This document shows positions 22,015-30,612 of a DNA stretch of 40,121 nt, piece by piece; the first letter of the stretch is position 1; each line of letters opens with the position of its first letter. The DNA is taken from assembly GCA_964527065.1 (NCBI GenBank), contig CAZGNX010000002.1:1-40121 (forward strand). The letters run 5' to 3'. The position numbers and the translations under genes were made by a program. Under the pieces are notes generated by a model. That model searched no databases, was not told the origin of the DNA, and saw nothing but the letters and a program-made list of their open reading frames with translations. This stretch comes from an uncultured Pseudomonadales bacterium (lineage in GTDB: Bacteria; Patescibacteriota; Microgenomatia; UBA1400; UBA12108).

Positions 22015-23835
22015 TTATGGCTGGGCAGTGAGTGAGGGGGTGGGGACAATTGTCACACTTGCTGGTATTTGTCCAGGCTGGCCCGCGAGGTTGGTAAGTG
22101 GGACTATCACCACTATATCTGAGATGTAGGGGACTCCTAGTGCGCGTTGTGCCTCGCCAATCCAGGGTTCGCGCTCGTCTGGAGGGATAAGTGGGAGGAG
22201 ATCGCTGAGTGGGAGTGTAAGCTCAGCGTCCATCCCTAGGCTACCTGGGGCCAGACGCAGAGGTGAACGACTCGTTGCGCCGATTGGGACCCTGAGCGTG
22301 ACGGGTACGCCCTCGTCGTTGTAGACCGAGACATAGACATACTCCCCTCTTGTCTGAGCGACGGCTCTGAGGAGTTCAGCTTGTTTGGACTCAGAGAGGG
22401 TAGGGAAGATATCGTTGAGGCTCGCTGCAAGATCGCTGGGCACGATCGCGGGGCCGTGGGGGTCTTGCATTTCGTTGATGTTGGTCATGGTCCCCCTATT
22501 GGCCATGAGATTCAGGGCGCTCTCCAGTTGGTTGGTGATGGTGGTATTCTCGCTCCCGTCTGCACCGCGGGCGATCAGATCCAGAGATTCTAGCTGTTTG
22601 GTGCGTGCAATCACGATTACAGGCTTTCGATTAACTTCCTCTGAAACGAGGATCATCGTCTCACTACTATAGGCGATTGAGGTGATGGGCATTGCAAAGG
22701 TTGATTGACTCGGGTCAAGCGCAAGTTCACTCGCTTGAACCACAAAACCTGGAGGACGGAGCAATTTGGCAAAAAAATCACTTGTGTCAGAGATGATATT
22801 GCCCAATAGTGGGTCGAGTATATCCTGAGTAGTGGTGGGGTTATGAACAGCTGAGAGGAAGGCGGTGGTGTTGGGTCCGTCGTGGAGGATGATGGGGGTG
22901 AGGGTGTCTGTGTTGATGACAGCGTTGATGAGGGTGGGTGCGAGAGCAGGGCGCGACTCCACGCCGCTCAGGTTTACTAGACCGGTAGCCTGCTCTAAAT
23001 AATCTGGTATGTGGGGAGTGGGGGTGTGGGTCATCGTAGGGTATGAGGTGGAGGTGGGATATGTGGTGGGGGTATAGGTCACTGTAGATAGTATCGGGGC
23101 GAGGATGTTCTCTGGATCTTGGGGTAGGGTGATGTCGTTCATGTGTTTTGTAAGCGTGACGGTGTCCATCTCTCTTTGTTCCTGGGGGGAAGCATTTACA
23201 AAGATGTTTGTTGATGTTCGGCTTGCCAAATCGGTGACAGGAATGGTAACCCCGTATTCTTCGTTAAGGATTGCATTGCCCGCTCCATCCAGTGGGAGGA
23301 CGACCTGACTAGATTTGTTTTTCACAGACTCTTCTTGCATTTTTTGAAGGGGGGTCAACTCGACTTTGACTATGGTACCAGACTGGGTGTGGGCAGAGAT
23401 GAGCTGGGATTCCCCCACCAAATCATTGCCAAATGATTGTTCGAGCTCTGAGATAGGGGCGGGATAATCTTCAGGGTTAGTCGTATTCATACCTAGGTCA
23501 ACCGGATTCTGAAATGGAATAGGCGAGGCACCTAGATCCCTGGGATAATTTAAGACAGCATATGGATCTCCGTCTGCGTCATTGATGTAGATCAAAGAGA
23601 CGGGACGACAATTGCCGAGAGGGCGATTGTAGATGGGTTCGATGGCGAGTTGAGGGTGGGGGGCGTATTCCCCTGCGTCTTGGGCGAGTTGGGCATGAGC
23701 GGCGAGGGCCACGATCGCGAGGTCGTCGCAGCCGGCGGGTTGAGTATCTGGAGTGCATGCTACAAGAACTAGCGACGCTATGAGCATGAGACGAGTCGTG
23801 AACCAAAAGCCACTTTCGAGACGGTTGCGTGCCAT
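22015..23835 (-). CDS. Large lipoprotein of unknown function inserted between def and fmt
   Basis: 606 aa. It has an N-terminal signal/lipobox (LIASLVLVAC) and a Thr/Pro/Tyr-rich segment. No family is recognised. Confidence 0.8.
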   Translation of the reverse strand: MARNRLESGFWFTTRLMLIASLVLVACTPDTQPAGCDDLAIVALAAHAQLAQDAGEYAPHPQLAIEPIYNRPLGNCRPVSLIYINDADGDPYAVLNYPRDLGASPIPFQNPVDLGMNTTNPEDYPAPISELEQSFGNDLVGESQLISAHTQSGTIVKVELTPLQKMQEESVKNKSSQVVLPLDGAGNAILNEEYGVTIPVTDLASRTSTNIFVNASPQEQREMDTVTLTKHMNDITLPQDPENILAPILSTVTYTPTTYPTSTSYPTMTHTPTPHIPDYLEQATGLVNLSGVESRPALAPTLINAVINTDTLTPIILHDGPNTTAFLSAVHNPTTTQDILDPLLGNIISDTSDFFAKLLRPPGFVVQASELALDPSQSTFAMPITSIAYSSETMILVSEEVNRKPVIVIARTKQLESLDLIARGADGSENTTITNQLESALNLMANRGTMTNINEMQDPHGPAIVPSDLAASLNDIFPTLSESKQAELLRAVAQTRGEYVYVSVYNDEGVPVTLRVPIGATSRSPLRLAPGSLGMDAELTLPLSDLLPLIPPDEREPWIGEAQRALGVPYISDIVVIVPLTNLAGQPGQIPASVTIVPTPSLTAQP

Positions 23836-23841
23836 TCCTTG

Positions 23842-23869
23842 ATTATACCAGATCTATGCAAGTTATAGG
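23842..23869 (-). promoter_or_regulatory. Promoter-like module CCTATAACTTGCAT-N8-TATAAT, copy 2, followed by N6-ATG of the lipoprotein gene
   Basis: The minus strand reads CCTATAACTTGCATAGATCTGGTATAAT-CAAGGA-ATG. The 14-mer is identical to 5890-5903. Confidence 0.5.
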
Positions 23870-23873
23870 GTAC

Positions 23874-24425
23874 TCACCACTTGATCACGGCTGTGGGATC
23901 TGGTACTTCGACAAATTTGTCTGAGCTACGGTCGAGATAGTAGAGGGGGAGTGAGTCGCGAATGGTGTAGTCGGTGAAGAGGACACCCTCCAAGTGGTCG
24001 TATTCGTGCAGAGCTAGGCGGGCGGGGAAGCTGGACAAAATCTTGCTAAACTCGACCCCGTGTTCGTCAATGGCTTTAATTTTGATTCGTTTGGCACGGG
24101 GCACGGGACCGTAGTAATGAGGGATGGAGAGACAACCCTCGAGGGTGGGACGCTCGGGTGTGCCACCCAAGGTCACCTCGTCACTCATATCCAAGATCAC
24201 GGGATTGAGGTAGATCTTGATTTTGTGTTCGAGGTAGGTGACAAAGCCTCGGAGGGAGAGACCGATCTGGGGGAAGGAGAGGCCCACGCCCTCTGGGTCG
24301 CGGGCGGATTTGAGGGTGTCGATCAGGTCAGCGACTTGAGACTGGATCTCGGGGGTAAGACGCTCGATGGGGATGGATTTGGCTCGCAGGAGGGTATGGG
24401 GGACGGTCAAGATCGCTGAACTCAT
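23874..24425 (-). CDS. def: Peptide deformylase
   Basis: All three PDF motifs are present: GVGLSFPQIG, EGCLSIP and HEYDHLEG. Confidence 0.95.
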   Translation of the reverse strand: MSSAILTVPHTLLRAKSIPIERLTPEIQSQVADLIDTLKSARDPEGVGLSFPQIGLSLRGFVTYLEHKIKIYLNPVILDMSDEVTLGGTPERPTLEGCLSIPHYYGPVPRAKRIKIKAIDEHGVEFSKILSSFPARLALHEYDHLEGVLFTDYTIRDSLPLYYLDRSSDKFVEVPDPTAVIKW

Positions 24426-24437
24426 GGGGATATTTTA

Positions 24438-26531
24438 TCACTCGCTGTATTTGTCCATTTTGTCTTTGAGCTGGGCGGAGTAGGTAGCCAAATTTGATTT
24501 GGCACCCTCGAGGATCGGGGGGATTTTCTCTGTCTGTTTGCTTTGTTCGTACAACAAAGTGAGGGCATAGTATGGTTCAGCGTAGCTGGGGCGTAGCCTG
24601 ATGGTCTCGCGCAATTCTATCTCCGCCTTGTCGAGCTGATTGGTCCGGGTATAGACTAGACCGAGGTTGTAGGCGAGCTTGGGGTCGGTGGGGGCTAGTT
24701 GTCGGGCGAGCTCCAGCTCTTTGGCAGCCTGGATGTTCCAGGCGGGATCGAGACTAGCTAGGGTCAAATAGATCTTGGCTCGCGCTTTGTAGTAGTTGAG
24801 GTGATAGGGATTGAGTTGGCGGGTGATCTCAGCTTGTTGCTGAGCTAACTTGGCGTAGTCTGTTGACTTGGTGCTGGCTGAGAGGAGGCTGTAGGCCTCA
24901 CCTAGGTAGCTGTGGTAGAGGTCTAGACTTGGGCGTAAGCGCAGGGCTTTTTGGAGGTTAGAGATAGCTGGCTCTGGGTGATTGGCGTCTAAGTAGGATT
25001 TGCCCTGGGCAAAATAATAGTCGGCGAGATAGAGGCTGGCGGGGTAGATGAGGAGGATGGGAAATAGGCAATAGGCAATAGGGGATAAGCGAGGCGTGGT
25101 GGGCAGGGAGGGATCGCGAGCTAGAGTGCTTGGGAGCGTGCACAGGAGAGTCATCAGGAGATAGACGGGAATCACGGAGAAGCCGAAAAAGTTGGTGATC
25201 GCAAAACCGACGAGGGAGGCGCCCAGAACAGGGTAAAAATGGCGCACCAGATCGTCGTCGTCTTGGCGCACCTTTTTGCTGCGAGGTATGCGGGTGAGGC
25301 TGGCCTTGGCGATAGCTAGGTGCCAAGCAAGATAGGCAAGTAGTCCGATCAAGCCAGTTGTGGCGGCCAGATTGAGATATTCGTTGTGTGCTTTGTTGTA
25401 GATGTAGTCCCACTCAGATGTGAGATTGTGACTAAGGGGGCGCACCCAGTAGTACGTGTAGGCAAAGGTCTCGGGACCAGTACCCAAAATAGGATATTGT
25501 GCAATCAGGCGCATGGCGCCGCCCCAGACAATCCGGCGGATATCGCCGCTCTCGGTGCCACCGGTTTCAAGCGCGGTTCCTGGAGTGGAAGGGCTTGGAG
25601 TGGGTGAGGGGAGAGTATTGAGAGATGTGAGCGAAGGGGTAAAAGCAGAGCCAAAAAGGGCGAGGGGTAACATAAAGAGCAAGGTATATCGAGCGAATGC
25701 TTGTTTGATCTTGGCAACACTAAACTGTCGCACGAGGAGGAGCCAATAGGCGATGTAAGAGATCCCAAAGGCGAGGAGACCTGAGCGGGAGCGGGTAAAT
25801 AAAAGGGCAGTAAAGAGTATGGTGTATACGGTATAAAGTATAAGAGAATTTTTTTTATGGGTTTGGACAAGGTGGATGGTCAAAAAAATGTGGGGGATCA
25901 GGTAGGCTGCAAGCCAGTTGGGTTGCCCTAGTGTAGCAAAGGAGCGCGACAGAGGGCTCGTCATACTCCCCCAACAGGCTGTGCTTGCGATAAAAGGATT
26001 GGCCGCATTTTGGAGGTGAGCTAAAGTGCTCATGAACATACAGGTGAGAGAGATGTCAAAGTGTTCAAGAATGGCAATTATGCCAATCAAAATAGACGTT
26101 TTTATCGATATTATTGTTAGTTTTAGAGTAGATTTTTTGTCTAACCAGTTGAGCGTGGCAAAATAGATGATAGTATAGCAAATGGTGGTGAGTAAGCCGC
26201 CGTGGAAGCGGGAGTAATAACCCCAAAAGGATGTGTAGGGACTGATACTAAAGATAGTGGCGAGTGCTTGGGTAGCAAGGATGGCGAGAACGCCTAATGT
26301 GATGAGTGATGGTTTGTGAATAATGGTTTTCAGAGAAGTTTTGGTTTGGTAAAGGTGGATAGACCAGGCGAGCGTGATGATGAGTGTGGCTGAGAGCAGG
26401 AGAATAAACTTGGGGAATTCAAACAGTTCGTAACTGATTTGAGAAAAAGTGAGAGGGACGAGAATGGTGAGAGTGTATAGAGTGGAGACGATGATCCTTT
26501 GCATGAGAAAAGTATAGCCTATTTTTTTCAT
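24438..26531 (-). CDS. O-antigen ligase (Wzy_C)-like polytopic membrane protein with a C-terminal TPR domain
   Basis: It has about 12 hydrophobic helices in the first ~470 aa. TPR-like repeats follow (AISNLQKALRLRPS..YHSYLGEAY, LAYNLGLVY..AEIELRETIRLRPSYAEPYYAL). Confidence 0.75.
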   Translation of the reverse strand: MKKIGYTFLMQRIIVSTLYTLTILVPLTFSQISYELFEFPKFILLLSATLIITLAWSIHLYQTKTSLKTIIHKPSLITLGVLAILATQALATIFSISPYTSFWGYYSRFHGGLLTTICYTIIYFATLNWLDKKSTLKLTIISIKTSILIGIIAILEHFDISLTCMFMSTLAHLQNAANPFIASTACWGSMTSPLSRSFATLGQPNWLAAYLIPHIFLTIHLVQTHKKNSLILYTVYTILFTALLFTRSRSGLLAFGISYIAYWLLLVRQFSVAKIKQAFARYTLLFMLPLALFGSAFTPSLTSLNTLPSPTPSPSTPGTALETGGTESGDIRRIVWGGAMRLIAQYPILGTGPETFAYTYYWVRPLSHNLTSEWDYIYNKAHNEYLNLAATTGLIGLLAYLAWHLAIAKASLTRIPRSKKVRQDDDDLVRHFYPVLGASLVGFAITNFFGFSVIPVYLLMTLLCTLPSTLARDPSLPTTPRLSPIAYCLFPILLIYPASLYLADYYFAQGKSYLDANHPEPAISNLQKALRLRPSLDLYHSYLGEAYSLLSASTKSTDYAKLAQQQAEITRQLNPYHLNYYKARAKIYLTLASLDPAWNIQAAKELELARQLAPTDPKLAYNLGLVYTRTNQLDKAEIELRETIRLRPSYAEPYYALTLLYEQSKQTEKIPPILEGAKSNLATYSAQLKDKMDKYSE

Positions 26532-26611
26532 GATATCATATGATGTTCTAAGATCTATTTATAAGTACCAGGTCCGTCAAGGCAGAGTAAATGTGATATC
26601 ATGTGAGGGCT

Positions 26612-27691
26612 ATGTTGAACGCACTTTTGGGTATGTTAAGCCAGGATATGGGGATTGATTTGGGGACGGCCAACACGCTAGTCTTTGTCAAAGGTAAAGG
26701 AATCTTGATTCGTGAGCCCAGCTACATTGCGCGACACAAACGCTCGGGCGCGATTATTGCCATCGGGTCAGAAGCCAAGCTAATGGCGGGCAAAACTCCC
26801 CAGTCGATAGAGGCAGTACGCCCACTGCGAGACGGTGTAATTGCGGACTATGACGGCGCGGAGGCAATGTTGCACTACTATATCAAACAAGTACATGAAA
26901 ATTCTTCTTGGATTTCCAAGCTGCCGCGACCCAAAGTAATTATTGGTATACCTTCTGGGGTAACTGAGGTAGAACGACGTGCGGTATCGGAAGCGGCTAT
27001 CCAGGCGGGAGCACGGGAAGCATACCTTGTGGAGGAGCCAATGGCGGCGGCAATAGGCGCAGGACTACCGATTCATGAACCGCGAGGACAAATGATCATA
27101 GATATTGGGGGTGGCACGACAGAAATTGCGATATTATCACTTGGGGGCATTGTGCTCAACAAATCCTTGCGGATTGCAGGGGACGAATTGACAGAGTCGA
27201 TCATTCACTTTGCACGTGTGAAATACGGCTTGCTCCTAGGGGATGCTAGCGCAGAGGAGATCAAGATCCAGATAGGGAGTGCGGTGGCTCCCGCAGATCC
27301 TTCAACAGGCTCAGGACAGGCTAAGAAAGAGTCGCAAATAGTTGTGCGAGGGCGCGATCTAGGCACTGGACTACCCAAATCAATGAAGTTTAGTGCAACA
27401 GAGATAAGGGAAGCACTTGCCCCCACACTACAATCGATAGTGAGGGCCGCCATGGACGTACTGGAGGAGACTCCACCAGAGCTTGTTTCTGACATTATCC
27501 AACACGGGATCACTATGGCAGGTGGCGGGTCGCTGATTCGCGGGCTCGACAAGATGGTGTCGGAGTCGACCAGTATGCCTGTTTGGGTGGCGGATGATCC
27601 AATGGACTGCGTGGTGAGGGGATGTGGCAAACTTTTGACCGACGAAAAGTTGTTGAAGAAAGTGAAGGTGGGTGCAAGGCTAAGGTATTAA
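26612..27691 (+). CDS. mreB: Rod-shape-determining protein MreB
   Basis: DMGIDLGTANTLVF, PLRDGVIADY, EEPMAAAIGAG, IDIGGGTTEIA and GGGSLIRGLD are actin-fold MreB motifs. Confidence 0.95.
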   Translation: MLNALLGMLSQDMGIDLGTANTLVFVKGKGILIREPSYIARHKRSGAIIAIGSEAKLMAGKTPQSIEAVRPLRDGVIADYDGAEAMLHYYIKQVHENSSWISKLPRPKVIIGIPSGVTEVERRAVSEAAIQAGAREAYLVEEPMAAAIGAGLPIHEPRGQMIIDIGGGTTEIAILSLGGIVLNKSLRIAGDELTESIIHFARVKYGLLLGDASAEEIKIQIGSAVAPADPSTGSGQAKKESQIVVRGRDLGTGLPKSMKFSATEIREALAPTLQSIVRAAMDVLEETPPELVSDIIQHGITMAGGGSLIRGLDKMVSESTSMPVWVADDPMDCVVRGCGKLLTDEKLLKKVKVGARLRY

Positions 27692-27711
27692 ACCATTACA
27701 CGATTACACAA

Positions 27712-28800
27712 ATGAAAACATTTCAAAAATTACAGAAAAACCCTCGGTTGTGGCAGCGATACTGGGTGCGGGAGCGTGTGATTGATGCTATCAGGGCATA
27801 CTTTAAGCGTGAGGGGTTCCACGAGGTGGAGGTACCGCTCTTGCTGCCGACACCTTCAACGGAGCCGTTTCTGGAGGTATTTAAGACTGAGCTCAAGGAC
27901 GATCAAGGGAAACGGTGGGATGCATTTTTGCCATCCTCGCCGGAATTTGCTCTCAAGAAACTTTTGTCGGCAGGGAGTGGTAGCGTCTTTACCATCACCA
28001 AGTCATTTCGTAATGGGGAGGGTCGCAGTAGCCGTCATAATCCCGAGTTTAGTATCCTCGAGTGGTACCGAACGCCAGGGGATTATATGGACATCGCGCG
28101 CGACTTTGAACGACTGATGGTCTACATTTCCTACAAGGTGAGACCTTGTAGGTTGCAAGTTGAATCAGAACCTACAAGGTCTCACCTTGTAGGTCAAGAC
28201 CAGACCTTAGTGTATCAAGGTGAAACGTATACACTCAAGGCACCGTGGGAAAAGATCAGCGTGGCGGAGGCGTTCCAAAAATATGCCAAGATTGATACTG
28301 AGACTATGCTGGATGAGCAACAGCTGAAGATCGCGGGCAAGAAAAAGGGATACCAGGTGAGTGATAAGACTACCTGGGAAGAAATCTGGAATCAAATTTT
28401 GGCTAATGAGATTGAGCCCAATCTAGGAACAAAAGGGCCGACTATTCTCTACGACTACCCAATCGCTCAGGCCGCACTGGCGAAGAAGGCAAAGGATCCG
28501 CGCTTTGCACAGCGCTTGGAAGTATTTATGGCAGGGCTTGAGCTGGGTAACTGTTTCTCCGAGCTCACCGACTGGAGGGAGCAGGAGGCGCGATGTCACG
28601 GCGACCTCGCTGAGCGCAAGCGGCTGGGTAAGACGGAATACCCGATGGACACTGACTTCATCGAGGCACTCAAGCTCGGTATGCCAGAGACGGGGGGAAT
28701 CGCGGTGGGGGTCGACCGACTGGTGGCGCTCTTTGCCGACGTCCCCGATATCGCGGATGTGCTGTTTTTCCCGATTAGCGACCTGTTTGACAGGGCGTAG
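27712..28800 (+). CDS. epmA: EF-P lysine ligase EpmA (PoxA/GenX, LysRS catalytic-domain paralog)
   Basis: Class II aaRS motifs are present (FHEVEVPLL, NPEFSILEWY, GIAVGVDRLV) and there is no anticodon-binding domain. The gene lies next to efp. It carries an in-frame palindromic insertion (see the repeat feature at 28130-28193). Confidence 0.8.
   Translation: MKTFQKLQKNPRLWQRYWVRERVIDAIRAYFKREGFHEVEVPLLLPTPSTEPFLEVFKTELKDDQGKRWDAFLPSSPEFALKKLLSAGSGSVFTITKSFRNGEGRSSRHNPEFSILEWYRTPGDYMDIARDFERLMVYISYKVRPCRLQVESEPTRSHLVGQDQTLVYQGETYTLKAPWEKISVAEAFQKYAKIDTETMLDEQQLKIAGKKKGYQVSDKTTWEEIWNQILANEIEPNLGTKGPTILYDYPIAQAALAKKAKDPRFAQRLEVFMAGLELGNCFSELTDWREQEARCHGDLAERKRLGKTEYPMDTDFIEALKLGMPETGGIAVGVDRLVALFADVPDIADVLFFPISDLFDRA
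28130..28193. repeat. Composite palindromic element: two copies of a 23-nt hairpin unit in opposite orientation, inside the epmA CDS
   Basis: CCTACAAGG-TGAGA-CCTTGTAGG (28130-28152) and its exact reverse complement CCTACAAGG-TCTCA-CCTTGTAGG (28171-28193) are separated by 18 nt. A related copy lies at 35634-35664. Confidence 0.85.
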
Positions 28801-28813
28801 TATACTATAAGTT

Positions 28814-29056
28814 ATGAGTTTAGATGGCAAGCAAAGAGGATCAGAATCCGATTTGAACGTGGCTAAGGATGTTTCTGGATTCCTTCAGAGCTCTTCGAGG
28901 CAAGGTGATGGTTGTTTAATGGGTTTAGCAGGCTTATTTGCTGAGGTGGGTGCATATCTATCGCTGGAATCAGGTAACGGAGCGTTGGCAGTGTTGCTAG
29001 GCATAATCGGTGCTGTGTGTGTTGTTGGGGGTGGAAGGAAGTTTGTGAGAGGCTAG
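28814..29056 (+). CDS. Possible small (80 aa) two-helix membrane protein
   Basis: TATACT-N7-ATG is present, with two hydrophobic segments (LMGLAGLFAEVGAYL, LAVLLGIIGAVCVVGGG). It sits between epmA and efp. Confidence 0.45.
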   Translation: MSLDGKQRGSESDLNVAKDVSGFLQSSSRQGDGCLMGLAGLFAEVGAYLSLESGNGALAVLLGIIGAVCVVGGGRKFVRG

Positions 29057-29087
29057 TTTGTTTTTTGATAGGGTATAATCTCTCCTT

Positions 29088-29654
29088 ATGTCGTCTATCA
29101 AAGCAAATCAGCTTAAGAGTGGGATGTTTATCCTCTACAAGGATCAGCCGTGCGCGGTCGTTAAGTGCGAGTTCTATTTCCCCGGCAAGGGGAGCGCGTT
29201 TGCCCGCACCAAGATCAAGAACGTCAAGACTGGAAACGTCTACGAATATACCTTTAAATCGAGCGATATGGTCGAGTCGGTGGACGTGGACACAATCGAG
29301 TTGCAGTATCTCTACCAGGACGGGAACATCTACTACTTTATGGACCCACGCACTTTTGACCAGCACGAGATTGTGCGCGAGTTGTTTGAGGGCAAAGAAG
29401 TGTACCTACTTCCGGAAATGAAGATGTTTGTCAACTTGTATGAAGGAGCGGTGATTGGGGTAAGGTTCCCCCCCAAAGTCACGGTCAAAGTCACGGAGGC
29501 GCAGGAGGCGAGTGCGGGTAATACGGTTAATGCTCCCAAGAAACCTGTCACGATCGAGACTGGAGTGGAGGTAATGGCACCGCTGTTTGTGAAGCCAGGG
29601 GAGATGATTATTGTCGATACTGAGACAGGGGAGTACGTGAGCAGGGCTAATTGA
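29088..29654 (+). CDS. efp: Elongation factor P
   Basis: The sequence LKSGMFILYKDQPCAVVKCEFYFPGKGSAFARTKIKNVKTG carries the modifiable Lys in the PGKG loop. Confidence 0.95.
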   Translation: MSSIKANQLKSGMFILYKDQPCAVVKCEFYFPGKGSAFARTKIKNVKTGNVYEYTFKSSDMVESVDVDTIELQYLYQDGNIYYFMDPRTFDQHEIVRELFEGKEVYLLPEMKMFVNLYEGAVIGVRFPPKVTVKVTEAQEASAGNTVNAPKKPVTIETGVEVMAPLFVKPGEMIIVDTETGEYVSRAN

Positions 29655-29813
29655 TGAGAGTCTGGGTCAGCACAATTTTGTTTCGATATATTCGTTCATG
29701 CAAAAAACACTTGCCTGCTCCGCGTCGCGTATTTTTTGCTTGAGTACTCATTTTTACGTGCACGAAAATTGGCCAACCCGAACTCTCTGAAAATGCTTGA
29801 TCAGGAAATATGT

Positions 29814-30407
29814 TTAGCGCTCGGCGGTTAAGGTGAGCCAAGTGTCGGAGGTGCTAGAGCACGACTTGGATTCTACCCGTACTTTCATGTAGTCAACGCC
29901 CGAGATGGTTTTGATCGTGCCGGAGGTACCACCATAGGTGGTGTTACTCACGAGCTCGTTGCCATCAGCTTTCCACACGGTGATGCCAAAGCTGTAGCCA
30001 TCTTTGAGGGAGTAGCGGAGGGTGAGGGGGCCTTGGATATCTTTTACCTCGGTCATGTATGAGACGGGACAGGCGCTCGTTTTGACGAGGGTGAGACTGA
30101 GATGGGAGGTGGTGGTAGTGGTGGTCACCGTTTTGGTGGAGGTACTGACTCCTTTGACGGTGCCTGCCTGCGTAGGAAGGCCGCCGTTTAATGTTTGACC
30201 ACCTTTGGTAGTGGGCGTGTAGGTAGGGGCGGGGGTAGCTGAGGAAGTAGGCGTGGGTACATTAGAGGGAGTAGGGGTAGGTGACACACTGGCAGATGGC
30301 GAGGGAGAAGCGAGGCGAGACATGAAGCCAGTTGTGGCTTTGAAGGTTAAGAATCCCACGATGGCGAGGGCCATAATCGTTATGAGACCGGTCGTAAATG
30401 ATTTCAT
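29814..30407 (-). CDS. Membrane-anchored or secreted protein with a Ser/Pro/Thr-rich stalk, unknown function
   Basis: It has an N-terminal hydrophobic anchor (LITIMALAIVGFLTF), an SPSPSASVSPTPTPS linker and a beta-rich C-terminal domain. TACAAT-N7-ATG is present. Confidence 0.7.
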   Translation of the reverse strand: MKSFTTGLITIMALAIVGFLTFKATTGFMSRLASPSPSASVSPTPTPSNVPTPTSSATPAPTYTPTTKGGQTLNGGLPTQAGTVKGVSTSTKTVTTTTTTSHLSLTLVKTSACPVSYMTEVKDIQGPLTLRYSLKDGYSFGITVWKADGNELVSNTTYGGTSGTIKTISGVDYMKVRVESKSCSSTSDTWLTLTAER

Positions 30408-30518
30408 GGCCTATATTGTACACCAAGGAGTCAATATCTACATCTTTCTTGAGCAAACTTGTCTTACTCGCGCAGAAAAACGGCTGTATTTTTCTGGTGA
30501 AAAATCAGCCTCTAACTC

Positions 30519-30542
30519 CCCCGCTTCTCGCGAGAGGCGGGG
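30519..30542. promoter_or_regulatory. 24-nt near-perfect palindrome in a divergent intergenic region (candidate operator)
   Basis: CCCCGCTTCTCG|CGAGAGGCGGGG has one T/G deviation. It lies between the divergent starts at 30407 and 30613. Confidence 0.35.
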
Positions 30543-30612
30543 TTCGTAATGTTTTCTTTAGCGAGCAACGACAAATTTGCTTTATGCAAATAAGTTTGCG
30601 ATAGTTAAGGGT

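Noticed and set aside
24958-25870. Minus-strand alternative-frame ORFs of 151 aa and 121 aa, and short plus-strand ORFs
   Set aside because: They lie inside the O-antigen-ligase-like gene, whose frame gives a coherent polytopic membrane plus TPR protein.
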